From the IMG/VR virus record IMGVR_UViG_3300028883_000006: DNA of 64,000 bases; one strand, written 5' to 3'. Within the stretch, counting starts at the first letter, position 1; each line of letters begins with the position of its first letter. Of the stretch, positions 20,615-29,926 are shown in pieces. The notes beneath the pieces were generated by a model, which worked only from the letters and a program-made list of their open reading frames with translations, was not told the DNA's origin and did no database searches. The DNA comes from an uncultured virus (IMG/VR IMGVR_UViG_3300028883_000006) (lineage: Duplodnaviria; Heunggongvirae; Uroviricota; Caudoviricetes). The translations under genes and the position numbers were made by a program.

Positions 20615-20920
20615 ATGGCAACAAAGAGATTATTATTAAAGGAGGATGAAAACGGACACCCGATTCAGGCATTTGACCTGTCAGCATCAGAAGATATTGA
20701 TGGAACATCAGCATCAGTACAGAGCAGTGCTATTGATGCACCTCTTGTAAGGATATCGGCTGTAGGTGGGGCAGTAAGGTTTCTGATAGGAGCTAACCCT
20801 ACAGCACTGGATACATCACATTACCTTGCACAAGGAAGTTCTATCATCATGCCTATTGTACCAGGTCAGAAAGTAGCTGTTAAAGGAAATACAGCTAACA
20901 TAGCAGCGTGTGGTGTTTAA
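20615..20920 (+). CDS. Small beta-rich protein, probable virion component
   Basis: 101 aa; follows the portal; VRISA..VRFLIGANPTA pattern. Confidence 0.55.
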   Translation: MATKRLLLKEDENGHPIQAFDLSASEDIDGTSASVQSSAIDAPLVRISAVGGAVRFLIGANPTALDTSHYLAQGSSIIMPIVPGQKVAVKGNTANIAACGV

Positions 20921-20938
20921 AAGTAAACATCTATTGCT

Positions 20939-20976
20939 TAGGCTTAATAACCCTCTTTTGGGGTTTAATAAGCCTA
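20939..20976. promoter_or_regulatory. 38-bp inverted-repeat element, copy 1
   Basis: TAGGCTTAATAACCC..GGGTTTAATAAGCCTA; intergenic; same length and arms as 33924-33961. Confidence 0.6.
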
Positions 20977-20993
20977 TGGATATGAAGTAAATT

Positions 20994-21188
20994 ATGAAAC
21001 TTACGGGCATGAAAAAGATACTTGATAAATTTTTGTCTGCAGTCCGTAGGGTAGTAGTTAAGATACTGGCCTTTTTAAAGGACTTATTTTCTGTCAAGAA
21101 AGTATTTAAGATCCTTACCACCAAGATAGGGACTGCCATTACAACCAGTTTCGGAGAGGAATTAAAACGTAAAAATAAAACAAAATGA
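20994..21188 (+). CDS. Small basic protein with LTT-x-G repeat-like motif
   Basis: 64 aa; ATGA overlap with next gene; ILTTKIGTAITT resembles LITTKSGEQLTT in 37987..41922. Confidence 0.5.
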   Translation: MKLTGMKKILDKFLSAVRRVVVKILAFLKDLFSVKKVFKILTTKIGTAITTSFGEELKRKNKTK

Positions 21189-22309
21189 AGAAAATATTGA
21201 TTATTGCATTATTTGCTGTTTGCACCACACTTGCTTATTCGCAGGTAAGTATCGGAGAATTAACATCGGTGAGCAGTAAATCCGGCACAGACCAGTTTGT
21301 TGTAGAACAGTCAGATTCTACAAGGAAGATATCGTTGACGCAACTATTTACTAATGTCACCCTGGCAGGTACATTAACAATGCCGTCACCTTTTACCCTG
21401 GGTTCAACATCTGTTACAACCTCAGGGACTCAATTTAATTACATTAACTCAGCAACCGGCACGACAGGAACAACGACAAGCAACCTGGTATTTAGCGAGA
21501 ACCCTGTTTTTACTGGTGTTCAGAAGGTAAGTACAACCGACACACTGGCAACAAAAGCCTATGCCAGGAGTGTAAGCGGAGGAGGTAGTATGTCATGGCC
21601 TGGTGATGGGATAGCAGTTGCGAGTAGTTCTTCATGGGCAACATCTATAACCAATTCCTCAGGACTTGCTTCAGCATTATCTGATGAAGTAGGATCCAAC
21701 TATGTTGTTTTTAATAACAACTCAACATTAACTGGAAGCACAACGGCTGATAATATCCAGACAGATATACTCCAGGTAGGTGCAGGAGGTAATACTTTTG
21801 GGATTGACTCAATAACAACAGATGGAAACAATGTTAGGATTTATGATGGAGTTAATCAGTTAGTATGGGACGATCCGGATGCCTCTGAAGTGGATATAGA
21901 TACCGTTGCATATATACTGACAGACACTATACCCCTATATGGTGCAGTCCTGGGAGTGGGCAATACAAACGATACGGCTGCTTTTGCTGTAGATAATGTT
22001 ATATGGGGACAATATATTGATGGATCACATAACATAGTTATAACAGAGGTAAGAGCAGTTGTTGCAGGCACTTCTCCAGATGTAGATGTAGCACTCCTAT
22101 ATGATCCTAACTATAAAGATGGCACACCCACAACGGTCCTTTCTTCTGATCTGACAGTCACAAGCACGACTGCAGGAAACTCAACTACCAGTTTCAGTAA
22201 TGCGACAATAGCACCTGGTAACTGGTTATGGTTGCGAGTTGATCAGGCGACAGCCAAGCCGACACAGTTAGTGTTAAGCATATTCGGATATCGAACTGAA
22301 ACAGAATAA
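21185..22309 (+). CDS. Thr/Ser-rich fibre-like protein with Sec signal peptide
   Basis: MKKILIIALFAVCTTLAYS/Q leader; LASALSDEVGSNYVVF and TGTTGTTTSNLVFSENP resemble phage fibre segments; beta-sandwich-like C-terminus. Confidence 0.6.
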   Translation: MKKILIIALFAVCTTLAYSQVSIGELTSVSSKSGTDQFVVEQSDSTRKISLTQLFTNVTLAGTLTMPSPFTLGSTSVTTSGTQFNYINSATGTTGTTTSNLVFSENPVFTGVQKVSTTDTLATKAYARSVSGGGSMSWPGDGIAVASSSSWATSITNSSGLASALSDEVGSNYVVFNNNSTLTGSTTADNIQTDILQVGAGGNTFGIDSITTDGNNVRIYDGVNQLVWDDPDASEVDIDTVAYILTDTIPLYGAVLGVGNTNDTAAFAVDNVIWGQYIDGSHNIVITEVRAVVAGTSPDVDVALLYDPNYKDGTPTTVLSSDLTVTSTTAGNSTTSFSNATIAPGNWLWLRVDQATAKPTQLVLSIFGYRTETE

Positions 22310-22311
22310 TT

Positions 22312-22806
22312 ATGAAAAATTTACTGATAGGTATATTATTAGTTTTATCATGTGCTCTTAATGCACAAACAGTAACAACAAATGTGTGGTACAATACTTC
22401 CACAGAAGGAGGAGGAGGAAACCCTGAAATTATAAGCCAGGGTACTTTTGAAGCAAGCTCTGACTGGAACACTACTCCAGCATGGACAATATCAGATGAG
22501 AAGGCCAATTATAGTGACGCTGATTATGGTAGTCTATATCAGGATCATGGCGATATGCTTGAAACAATGACTGTCAGTACAACTTATGTTCTTTCATTTG
22601 ATATCGTTTCGACTGGAACTTTAAGGTTAAGGATACAAAATTCAACAGGTTCAACTACTTATCGTGAATATGAAAACTTTGCGACAGGAAGTTATGAAAG
22701 AGAATTTACCACTGCTTCAGATGAAAGCACATTCGGTTTAAGGTTTTTTGCCTCAACAAGCGGGGATGCAGGTTCAATAGATAATGTTTCTTTAAAAGAA
22801 CAGTAA
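22312..22806 (+). CDS. Secreted carbohydrate-binding-module-like protein
   Basis: Signal peptide ALNA/Q; EIISQGTFE..W, YVLSFDI and IDNVSLKE match a galactose-binding-like jelly-roll pattern. Confidence 0.6.
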   Translation: MKNLLIGILLVLSCALNAQTVTTNVWYNTSTEGGGGNPEIISQGTFEASSDWNTTPAWTISDEKANYSDADYGSLYQDHGDMLETMTVSTTYVLSFDIVSTGTLRLRIQNSTGSTTYREYENFATGSYEREFTTASDESTFGLRFFASTSGDAGSIDNVSLKEQ

Positions 22807-25800
22807 TGAGGAATATTTTAGCAAGATTATTCATTGTAATATTTATTGCAATCAGTGTTGGGACAAATGCTCAAAGTGTAAAATATGTTGCTACCAACGG
22901 CAATAACAATAACCCCGGAACAATAAGTCAGCCCTGGGCAACATGGATCTATGGTTTCAGCCAGCTTGATCCCGGTGATATTTTATATATAAGAGGTGGT
23001 ACATACTATAAAGCGAATAATGAAGGGGCATTTCAAAAGAACTACATCACTGGAACATCGTCAGACTCCATCTATATATTAAACTATCCAGGGGAGACTC
23101 CGATACTTGACCTAAGCAATATACAGACCGATGAAAGGGCTGATTGTTGGGGTTTAATCACTGAAACTGCTTATGTTCACTTCAAGGGGTTGATCATACA
23201 GAATATGTACGAGAATGATGGTAATGATTTTGTCAATATGTGGCAATTATATGGGTCACATACCTTTGTCGAAAGATGTGTCACAAGATACGGAGGCGGC
23301 AGGGGGATGTATTGTTATGAGGGAGATGAGTTTTATTTTAAGAATTGCGACAGTTATATGCACGTTGACAGCCTTTCAGGGTCCCTTCCCGGGAATGATG
23401 GATATGGTTTTAGTGCTTCTATTCCGAGTGGCAAAAGCATCTATTATAATGGTTGCAGGGCTTGGGATTGTGGAGATGATGGATTTACTGCTGGAGGTAC
23501 AGGGTTTGTTCACTACGATAATTGTTGGTCTTTTGATAATGGAGAGCTACAGGGTGGTGGTCATGGATATAAACTTAATGGAAGTTCATCTGAATCATCT
23601 GGAATACAGAAAAAAGTTACAAACTGTATAGCAGCATATAACAAGATTGCCGGGGCAACAACAAATGACGATGATATAAGTGGCTATTATACTTCTGGAA
23701 TGAATTTATATAATAATATATTTTATCATAATGGTTATCAAGGTAATCAATATTGGGGTTATGGCTTCGTGTTGTGGGATTCCAATAGTGGACAGACAAG
23801 AGAAGAAGATAGGGTTTTTAGAAATAATATTTCATACGGTAATGAAAAGGGGGCTCTCTTTAAAGAGTCTGGTGCCTATTATACTCACACTTACAACGAT
23901 TGGGATTTAGGAGGAGTTACAATATATGATAATGACTTCTTGAGTGTAGATAGCACAGGTATAAGAGGGGCAAGGCAGGCAGACGGTTCCCTTCCTGACC
24001 TGAATTTTCTAAAGCTGACCTCCGGCTCTGATGCGATAGATGTCGGTACTAATGTAGGATTGCCCTATGACGGATCTGCACCTGACCTGGGAGCCTTTGA
24101 ATATGGGGATAGTCCCCCTGATGGAATTTATTATGTTTCCCCTAATGGTAATGACGGTAACTCAGGAAATTATGATAACCCCTGGAGAACGTGGGCAAGA
24201 GCATTTAACGCAACGGAATTAGAACCAGGGGATATTGTTTATTTCAGGGAAGGAGTATATATACAGGATACTCTTAACCTTAACACAAACTGGTATTGGT
24301 GGCCTTATACTCCAGGCAGAGGTATGAAAATTACGGTGGATGGAGCAGTTAATAACACTATTAAATTTTGGGCCTATCCAGGCGAAACACCTATACTGGA
24401 TGGCACTAATGTTCATTCACATTTTTACACCTATAAGGATAATACCGGGATTAAAGGAGATGAAGTTAATTATATTCATTTAAAAGGACTACATATAAGA
24501 AATTTCAAACAGGGGAGTGGTGCAGTTGATAATGTTTATCAACTATTATTAGAAGATTCAGACAATGTAACCATTGAAAACTGTTCATTCTACAACGGTG
24601 GAGGAAGGGGTGTGACAATAAGGAGGAGTGGTAATATTGATATTATTAATTGTGATGCATATAATAATTATGATCCTTATGGAGATTCCGGTGTGGATCC
24701 GGGAGATGATGGTTACGGTTTTACCTTAGTCCATGAGGTAGGGGATAATATTAAGTTAGATGGATGCAGGGCATGGAAGAATGGGAATAGTGGTTTTTAT
24801 GATGGTAATAATACCGGATATACAGAATATGATAACTGTTGGTCATTCAGAAATGGTAAACTACAAGGAGCAGGGGATGGGTTTAATCTTGGATGGATCA
24901 ATGAGTGTTCAATGACCACAAAAAGGTATATTCATAACTGTATCGCTGTTTATAATAATGCTGCAGGATTTAATGATAATAACTCATTGGCAGATGCAAA
25001 CTCCTATATAAATGAAAAGAGGTACTATAACAATACATCTTATAAAAATTTACATGGTTTTATCTTGTATGAACCTCATAATAATAATGATGACTCCCTT
25101 GAATATAGAAGGAAGTACAGGAATAATATAGCTTATCAAAATACAACCAGTCCTATTACAGCCTATGATGGAAGTTATTATACATCAGAAAATAATTCCT
25201 GGGATAATGGGATTGCCACAATAACGGATTATGATTTTATTTCCCTGGATAGTACTGGTATGTCAGGGGCAAGACAATCAGACGGATCCCTTCCTGACCT
25301 TAATGACTTTTTAGAGCTTTCTTCAACATCGGATGCTGTTGATGCGGGTAAATATGTTGGACTGTCATACAGTGGTAATGCACCCGATATTGGAGCCTAT
25401 GAGTCTCCCTATACTGGTAGCGGGGGTGGAGGAGAAGATGATACATATATAATAGCAGACCATACTATTGTTGATGATTACGAAGATATACCACAAGAGT
25501 ATATTGATGAAGTAAAAAAAATGTGGTTATCGTATGCAGGACAGTCCCATTCTGGAGCAATAAGGGATGGATTAGTCGCATTGGAGGCTATAGACAGTAA
25601 GTACCAGGTTAATGTAACCGAAGAAGGTACACCAGAAGCATACACAACCTCTCATCTCAGGGCAAGCAGGGCTACATGGGGCAGCTATTATAGTTCTTCA
25701 GGATGGACATATAACTATTCAACATGGTCTTGGTTTGTTCAATCTTTGGGTATATCAAGGACAAAGGCAGGAATTTTTTATTGTGACGATAATAACTTAA

Positions 25801-26627
25801 CATTAGGTGCTATTGGATTTGGATGGTGCTGGGATTCAGAGATTGATAGTCCTTCCGAATTTGGACAGTATATATATGCCACAAAACAATATGTTGAATA
25901 TTGTGAGGATGAGGAAATAAATACCACACCATTCTTTACTACCGGAACAGTAGATGGAGGAGAAGATACATTTGGAGAAACAGGATACAATAAACATCTG
26001 GGTTATGAACAAATGAGAGATACGGTAAAAAACGGTTACTCAAGAGTATTATTCGATTATGCCGATATCCTTTGTTATAATAATTCAGGAGCAGTAAATA
26101 CAACTTCATGGAACGGACACACCTATCCTATAATTCATTCAGATAACCTATCTGGTGAATATACAGGGCATATTGGAATGGTTGGTGCTATAAGACTGGC
26201 AAAAGCAATGTGGTGGATGCTTGCAAGAATAGCAGGATGGGATGGGACCTCCTCAGGAGGACCAGAAATAGAACTACCGTCTGTATCAACAATACAGGTT
26301 TATAATATCTCTAAGACTAAATGTGAAGTAAGCGGTAATGTTTATGATACTGGTGGTGGTACGATCTCAGCGAAAGGAATATGTTATGCTATATGGTCTA
26401 ATCCAAACATAGCGGATGATCACACGAATGAAGGAGCAGGATCGGGGCAATTTAGTTCAGTAATTAACAACTTGATTCCTAATACTACATATCATGTAAG
26501 GGCGTATGCCACGAATGAGGAAGGAACTTCTTACGGAAGTGATAAAGAATTTACAACACCTAAAAAGGCTCCTGGTGTGTATAAAGGGAAGATAGGTTTA
26601 TATAACGGTGTAAAAATAAAATGGTAA
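22806..26627 (+). CDS. Secreted protein with two PL9-like right-handed beta-helix domains, an alpha/beta domain and an FN3 domain
   Basis: Signal GTNA/Q; twice YVxxNGxxxNxG..PW.T, PGDI.Y.R.G.Y, YPGETPILD and PDxGAxE; FN3-like PNTTYHVRAYATNEEGTSY. Confidence 0.8.
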   Translation: MRNILARLFIVIFIAISVGTNAQSVKYVATNGNNNNPGTISQPWATWIYGFSQLDPGDILYIRGGTYYKANNEGAFQKNYITGTSSDSIYILNYPGETPILDLSNIQTDERADCWGLITETAYVHFKGLIIQNMYENDGNDFVNMWQLYGSHTFVERCVTRYGGGRGMYCYEGDEFYFKNCDSYMHVDSLSGSLPGNDGYGFSASIPSGKSIYYNGCRAWDCGDDGFTAGGTGFVHYDNCWSFDNGELQGGGHGYKLNGSSSESSGIQKKVTNCIAAYNKIAGATTNDDDISGYYTSGMNLYNNIFYHNGYQGNQYWGYGFVLWDSNSGQTREEDRVFRNNISYGNEKGALFKESGAYYTHTYNDWDLGGVTIYDNDFLSVDSTGIRGARQADGSLPDLNFLKLTSGSDAIDVGTNVGLPYDGSAPDLGAFEYGDSPPDGIYYVSPNGNDGNSGNYDNPWRTWARAFNATELEPGDIVYFREGVYIQDTLNLNTNWYWWPYTPGRGMKITVDGAVNNTIKFWAYPGETPILDGTNVHSHFYTYKDNTGIKGDEVNYIHLKGLHIRNFKQGSGAVDNVYQLLLEDSDNVTIENCSFYNGGGRGVTIRRSGNIDIINCDAYNNYDPYGDSGVDPGDDGYGFTLVHEVGDNIKLDGCRAWKNGNSGFYDGNNTGYTEYDNCWSFRNGKLQGAGDGFNLGWINECSMTTKRYIHNCIAVYNNAAGFNDNNSLADANSYINEKRYYNNTSYKNLHGFILYEPHNNNDDSLEYRRKYRNNIAYQNTTSPITAYDGSYYTSENNSWDNGIATITDYDFISLDSTGMSGARQSDGSLPDLNDFLELSSTSDAVDAGKYVGLSYSGNAPDIGAYESPYTGSGGGGEDDTYIIADHTIVDDYEDIPQEYIDEVKKMWLSYAGQSHSGAIRDGLVALEAIDSKYQVNVTEEGTPEAYTTSHLRASRATWGSYYSSSGWTYNYSTWSWFVQSLGISRTKAGIFYCDDNNLTLGAIGFGWCWDSEIDSPSEFGQYIYATKQYVEYCEDEEINTTPFFTTGTVDGGEDTFGETGYNKHLGYEQMRDTVKNGYSRVLFDYADILCYNNSGAVNTTSWNGHTYPIIHSDNLSGEYTGHIGMVGAIRLAKAMWWMLARIAGWDGTSSGGPEIELPSVSTIQVYNISKTKCEVSGNVYDTGGGTISAKGICYAIWSNPNIADDHTNEGAGSGQFSSVINNLIPNTTYHVRAYATNEEGTSYGSDKEFTTPKKAPGVYKGKIGLYNGVKIKW

Positions 26628-26631
26628 GAAC

Positions 26632-26874
26632 ATGAAAAATCTGTGGCAACAAATATTTCAGTATGCGCTTGGCGCAGTAGTTGTATTGTCTATACTGGCA
26701 ATAATTGTAGTGCTGATATATGGAGAACTATCTGACAGCGTTCAGGATGCTTTGATGATCTTGCTTGGGGTATTAGCTTCAGGCTTCATGGCGGTTATTA
26801 ATTATTTTTTCGGCTCATCAAAGGGTAGTTCAGATAAGAATGATATACTAAGCAGGGGAAACACAAACACCTAA
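26632..26874 (+). CDS. Two-TM holin-like protein
   Basis: 80 aa; two hydrophobic helices then NYFFGSSKGS, a motif common in phage holin-like proteins. Confidence 0.6.
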   Translation: MKNLWQQIFQYALGAVVVLSILAIIVVLIYGELSDSVQDALMILLGVLASGFMAVINYFFGSSKGSSDKNDILSRGNTNT

Positions 26875-26877
26875 ATT

Positions 26878-27273
26878 ATGGGAGGTTTACTGACTATATT
26901 ATTGGTAGCCGTTGGCTATGCCATTATCAGGGCTAACCACGATAGGTACCTGAGGCAGGGAGAATGGAAAACATGGGCCTTTATAGAAGGACTTGTTATT
27001 GCCTTTGCTATATCTTTTCTGGTGGGTGGCCGGTGGTATGAGATAGGTGTTGGAACCTTACTGTTTGGCTTTACCTTCTGGATTATCTTTGACATAGTGA
27101 TGGGGATATATTTCGGTAATCATCCCCTTTATGTGGGTGAGACGAGTTTTGACCTGGAGATGAGAAAAATGTTTCAGTACACTGAGAAGTGGAAGGGAAC
27201 CTGGTATCTTATGGTCAAACTGGTATGGTGGTTGTTTGCTTTTTACCTTTATTATACATTTGGATTTGCTTGA
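26878..27273 (+). CDS. Multi-pass membrane protein
   Basis: 131 aa; about four hydrophobic segments. Confidence 0.6.
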   Translation: MGGLLTILLVAVGYAIIRANHDRYLRQGEWKTWAFIEGLVIAFAISFLVGGRWYEIGVGTLLFGFTFWIIFDIVMGIYFGNHPLYVGETSFDLEMRKMFQYTEKWKGTWYLMVKLVWWLFAFYLYYTFGFA

Positions 27274-27300
27274 GCTTGCAGAAAAGAAATTACAATATGT

Positions 27301-27338
27301 AAAAGATATTCGGCTTTAAGCCGTATTCTTTCCTTTTC
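27301..27338. terminator. Probable bidirectional terminator between converging operons
   Basis: CGGCT-TTA-AGCCG hairpin flanked by AAAAGA and TTCTTTTCCTTTT. Confidence 0.5.
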
Positions 27339-27375
27339 ATAGGTTTTAGGTTAGGTTTGAGAGAGCTGGTACGAG

Positions 27376-27792
27376 TTACCGGCTCTCTTTTATATACTGA
27401 CCCAGGTGTAATAACTGTCCATGATGCTTTATGTTTTTAAAGGGTAGATCCGGGAACCTGTCAAACAGGTCTGCATGATCAGGATAATATGATGATATAC
27501 GCATGAAATATTCAGGATCCAGAAGGTATATGATATACATTACTTCATAGAACCTGGGAAGAAATATTGTTCCTATCCTATCATTGTCGAATATTTCATG
27601 GCATGAAGGATGAGCCAGTCCGGTATTGAGTTTATTAACCTGCATCTCAGACCTTGTTTCAGACCGTCTAACAAGATGAGCAAGCTGACCATCCTTTCCT
27701 ACCCTGTGACCACAAAAGATGCAAAGAGGGTGGTTTATTTCATACCAGGACTTGATTTTGGCGAGCTTGCTATCTATTTGGGATTGGTTCAT
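27376..27792 (-). CDS. HNH-like Zn-binding nuclease
   Basis: CIFCG, AHLVRRS, NTGLAHPSCHEIFD. Confidence 0.6.
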   Translation of the reverse strand: MNQSQIDSKLAKIKSWYEINHPLCIFCGHRVGKDGQLAHLVRRSETRSEMQVNKLNTGLAHPSCHEIFDNDRIGTIFLPRFYEVMYIIYLLDPEYFMRISSYYPDHADLFDRFPDLPFKNIKHHGQLLHLGQYIKESR

Positions 27793-28103
27793 TTAATTGT
27801 TTTATTCTTACGCTTTAGTTCTTCTTTTGAAAGGGTTTTCAGTTTAATACCTGTTTTGGTAGTAAGGATATCAAAATTAGTTTCATTGAGCAGGTCAATC
27901 CTTAGTTTTAAACACTGCCTGTAGGTTTGCATTGCCTGTAGCTGTATCTTCAAAAGGAAGAACTGTAAAGGCTGAATTGAACTTTCATCCACTTTAGATA
28001 GGAAACTAATAAGTTTATCTATCCGTTCATTAACCTGACTATATTCTTCTAAAAGACGAATATAAAATGATTCATCACCGATAATGTTAATTTCTGTGTC
28101 CAT
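27789..28103 (-). CDS. Conserved small helical phage protein (crAss001_48-like)
   Basis: RLLEEYSQVNERIDKLISFL..LLKIQLQAMQTYRQCLKLRI pattern. Confidence 0.65.
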   Translation of the reverse strand: MDTEINIIGDESFYIRLLEEYSQVNERIDKLISFLSKVDESSIQPLQFFLLKIQLQAMQTYRQCLKLRIDLLNETNFDILTTKTGIKLKTLSKEELKRKNKTIK

Positions 28104-28107
28104 GTTA

Positions 28108-28479
28108 TTATTGTTTAGTTAGTTTATCCTTTAACTCATCTATGATAGTTACAAGTTTGGCATGAGTACAATGTGAATGGTCCACCTTTGCCTCAAGTTC
28201 AAATTCCTCTATAAGCCGTTTTACGGCAACATCAAACTCATGTGCTACCAACTGGTCAATAAGGCCATACCGTTCAAAACGGTTAAATAACTTGTCCTTA
28301 ATATTATTCTCCAACAAAGCCTTAAAGATTCTTCTTTCTCTCCAGGTAATATTAAGAGCATCAGCAATTATTTCACTGAGAGCCACAAGAAACTTATTTT
28401 CAATCTGGTCTTGTGGGTTCATCATTTCGCATCCGGCTTCTTCGCCATGTCCGCTTACATTGTAAATATGTGTGTCCAT
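28108..28479 (-). CDS. Hypothetical protein
   Basis: Tightly packed in the minus-strand operon. Confidence 0.55.
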   Translation of the reverse strand: MDTHIYNVSGHGEEAGCEMMNPQDQIENKFLVALSEIIADALNITWRERRIFKALLENNIKDKLFNRFERYGLIDQLVAHEFDVAVKRLIEEFELEAKVDHSHCTHAKLVTIIDELKDKLTKQ

Positions 28480-28486
28480 GTTACTG

Positions 28487-28912
28487 TTATTTTGGTTCAG
28501 TACTATATTTCAATTCGTTCACAAAAACCTCATTTGGCATAGGTATTACAACACCCAGTTCCAGTTCAGCATCAGCACGAACCTTGAGTATGTAGTTCCA
28601 TATTTCCTGCATATCGAGTTTTGTTGTGGATCCTACACCTGTTATCCATTCCATCCGTTTTGTCTCAGTGTTGTATTCCAGGTCAAACCTGAAGTTGTAT
28701 TTTATCTTATATCCTTCATGCACTTCTTCAGGGGACTGTCCTGTAGCCTCTGCAATGGTTGTGTAAACAACAGCCCATAGATAATCATTACTGTCAAGTG
28801 TCCTGATAGGATAGATAGTCTGCCAAGTAATCTTAAAAGGCAACCGTTCCTGATCAAGTAGTTCTTTCAGATCATGCAGTTGTTTCTTATTTCTTATTAC
28901 CTGGTGTATCAT
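28487..28912 (-). CDS. NinB/YbcN-like protein
   Basis: RTLDSNDYLWAVVY, IAEATG..EEVHE and STTKLD motifs. Confidence 0.65.
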   Translation of the reverse strand: MIHQVIRNKKQLHDLKELLDQERLPFKITWQTIYPIRTLDSNDYLWAVVYTTIAEATGQSPEEVHEGYKIKYNFRFDLEYNTETKRMEWITGVGSTTKLDMQEIWNYILKVRADAELELGVVIPMPNEVFVNELKYSTEPK

Positions 28913-28914
28913 TG

Positions 28915-29493
28915 TTAATGAAGGGGATATACTGAGGGTTTAAAATCAAGGATCTCTTGCATAAGGGTATCGATCTTATTATTATCAAAGTTGATTGCCC
29001 TGTCATCAACCAATACATCAAAAACAACTTTGTGGTTGCAAATACCAAGAACATACTTCTTGCTCCAGAATTTTCTTCGTGCAGGAATAATTTTATAATC
29101 AAAGGGGATTAGAGTATTCTCTTTAAATTCCATCCCAAAGATCTCGTGTTCTACTATAAAAGAGTCAAAGAACCGCTTGATTTGTCTCTTTGACCTGGTT
29201 GACATAATGAACACCGAATGGCCTTCTTCAAGCAATTTCTTTATTACCTTTAATACGGAATGCTCAATTTCATCATAGACTGATCCATCTTGCCATCCTT
29301 TACGGTATTTGTGAATAACACCATCAAAATCAAAGGCTATTGTCTTTGGACGGGATTCGCTGGAAGATTTTTTAACTTCATATTCTTTATACATTGAACA
29401 TTCAGGGAAGTCACAATAAGGATCATCTACAAAGCTGCAGCCTAATTCCTTATACAGAGTACAGTGCTTAACAGGATCATTATGTTTTCTCAT
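28915..29493 (-). CDS. HAD-superfamily phosphatase (nucleotidase-like) with Cys-rich N-terminus
   Basis: IAFDFDGVIH, IMSTR, LVDDRA; N-terminal C-x7-C-x7-C-x4-C. Confidence 0.8.
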   Translation of the reverse strand: MRKHNDPVKHCTLYKELGCSFVDDPYCDFPECSMYKEYEVKKSSSESRPKTIAFDFDGVIHKYRKGWQDGSVYDEIEHSVLKVIKKLLEEGHSVFIMSTRSKRQIKRFFDSFIVEHEIFGMEFKENTLIPFDYKIIPARRKFWSKKYVLGICNHKVVFDVLVDDRAINFDNNKIDTLMQEILDFKPSVYPLH

Positions 29494-29520
29494 AGTTTCT
29501 TACTTTATTTGCGAATAATA

Positions 29521-29720
29521 GATAGTGTTCCGGGGCATCATGTGTAGCAGCTAAAATTGGTAAAAAGCTGTTGCCTGGTCTTTATCCAGGTATTTCACAT
29601 ATTAGTCAGGCTACTCCCGACAAATTCCTGACGGAGTTGAATGTTTTACGAAGTCCTACATCTCCGGACGGTTCCTCCTGGACCCTTAGGCCCATACCCC
29701 GGAATACACTCAACACTATC
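29521..29720 (-). ncRNA. Candidate structured non-coding RNA (200 nt, multibranch)
   Basis: GC-rich intergenic gap; ends GATAGTGTT/AACACTATC pair, TTCCGGGGTAT/ATGCCCCGGAA pair, and several internal hairpins. Confidence 0.65.
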
Positions 29721-29904
29721 TGCTTTCAACAGATTGATTTGTGTCCTGTTTTCCAGGATCATCTTCATTGACAGTAGTTCCTCCCCCAGTACCCTCATTA
29801 AATTCTTTATCGTCTTTTTTCTTGTTCGCTGTCTTGTAAATCATATAAAACAGTACAAAGGCAAGAACAATAACAATGAATATCAGTATATAATTAGTTC
29901 CCAT
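29716..29904 (-). CDS. Small single-TM protein
   Basis: 62 aa; N-terminal hydrophobic helix then charged tail. Confidence 0.6.
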   Translation of the reverse strand: MGTNYILIFIVIVLAFVLFYMIYKTANKKKDDKEFNEGTGGGTTVNEDDPGKQDTNQSVESR

Positions 29905-29926
29905 TTCTCGTTGTTTTTAAAGGTTA

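Noticed and set aside
26270..26627. Type IX secretion C-terminal domain on the PL9-like protein
   Set aside because: C-terminus is FN3-like plus a short basic tail; no recognisable T9SS CTD pattern
29521..29720. RNase P RNA (GAGGAACCGUCCGG resembles GAGGAAAGUCCGG after a hairpin)
   Set aside because: No 3' P4 strand between the two closing helices and too short; kept only as an unknown RNA
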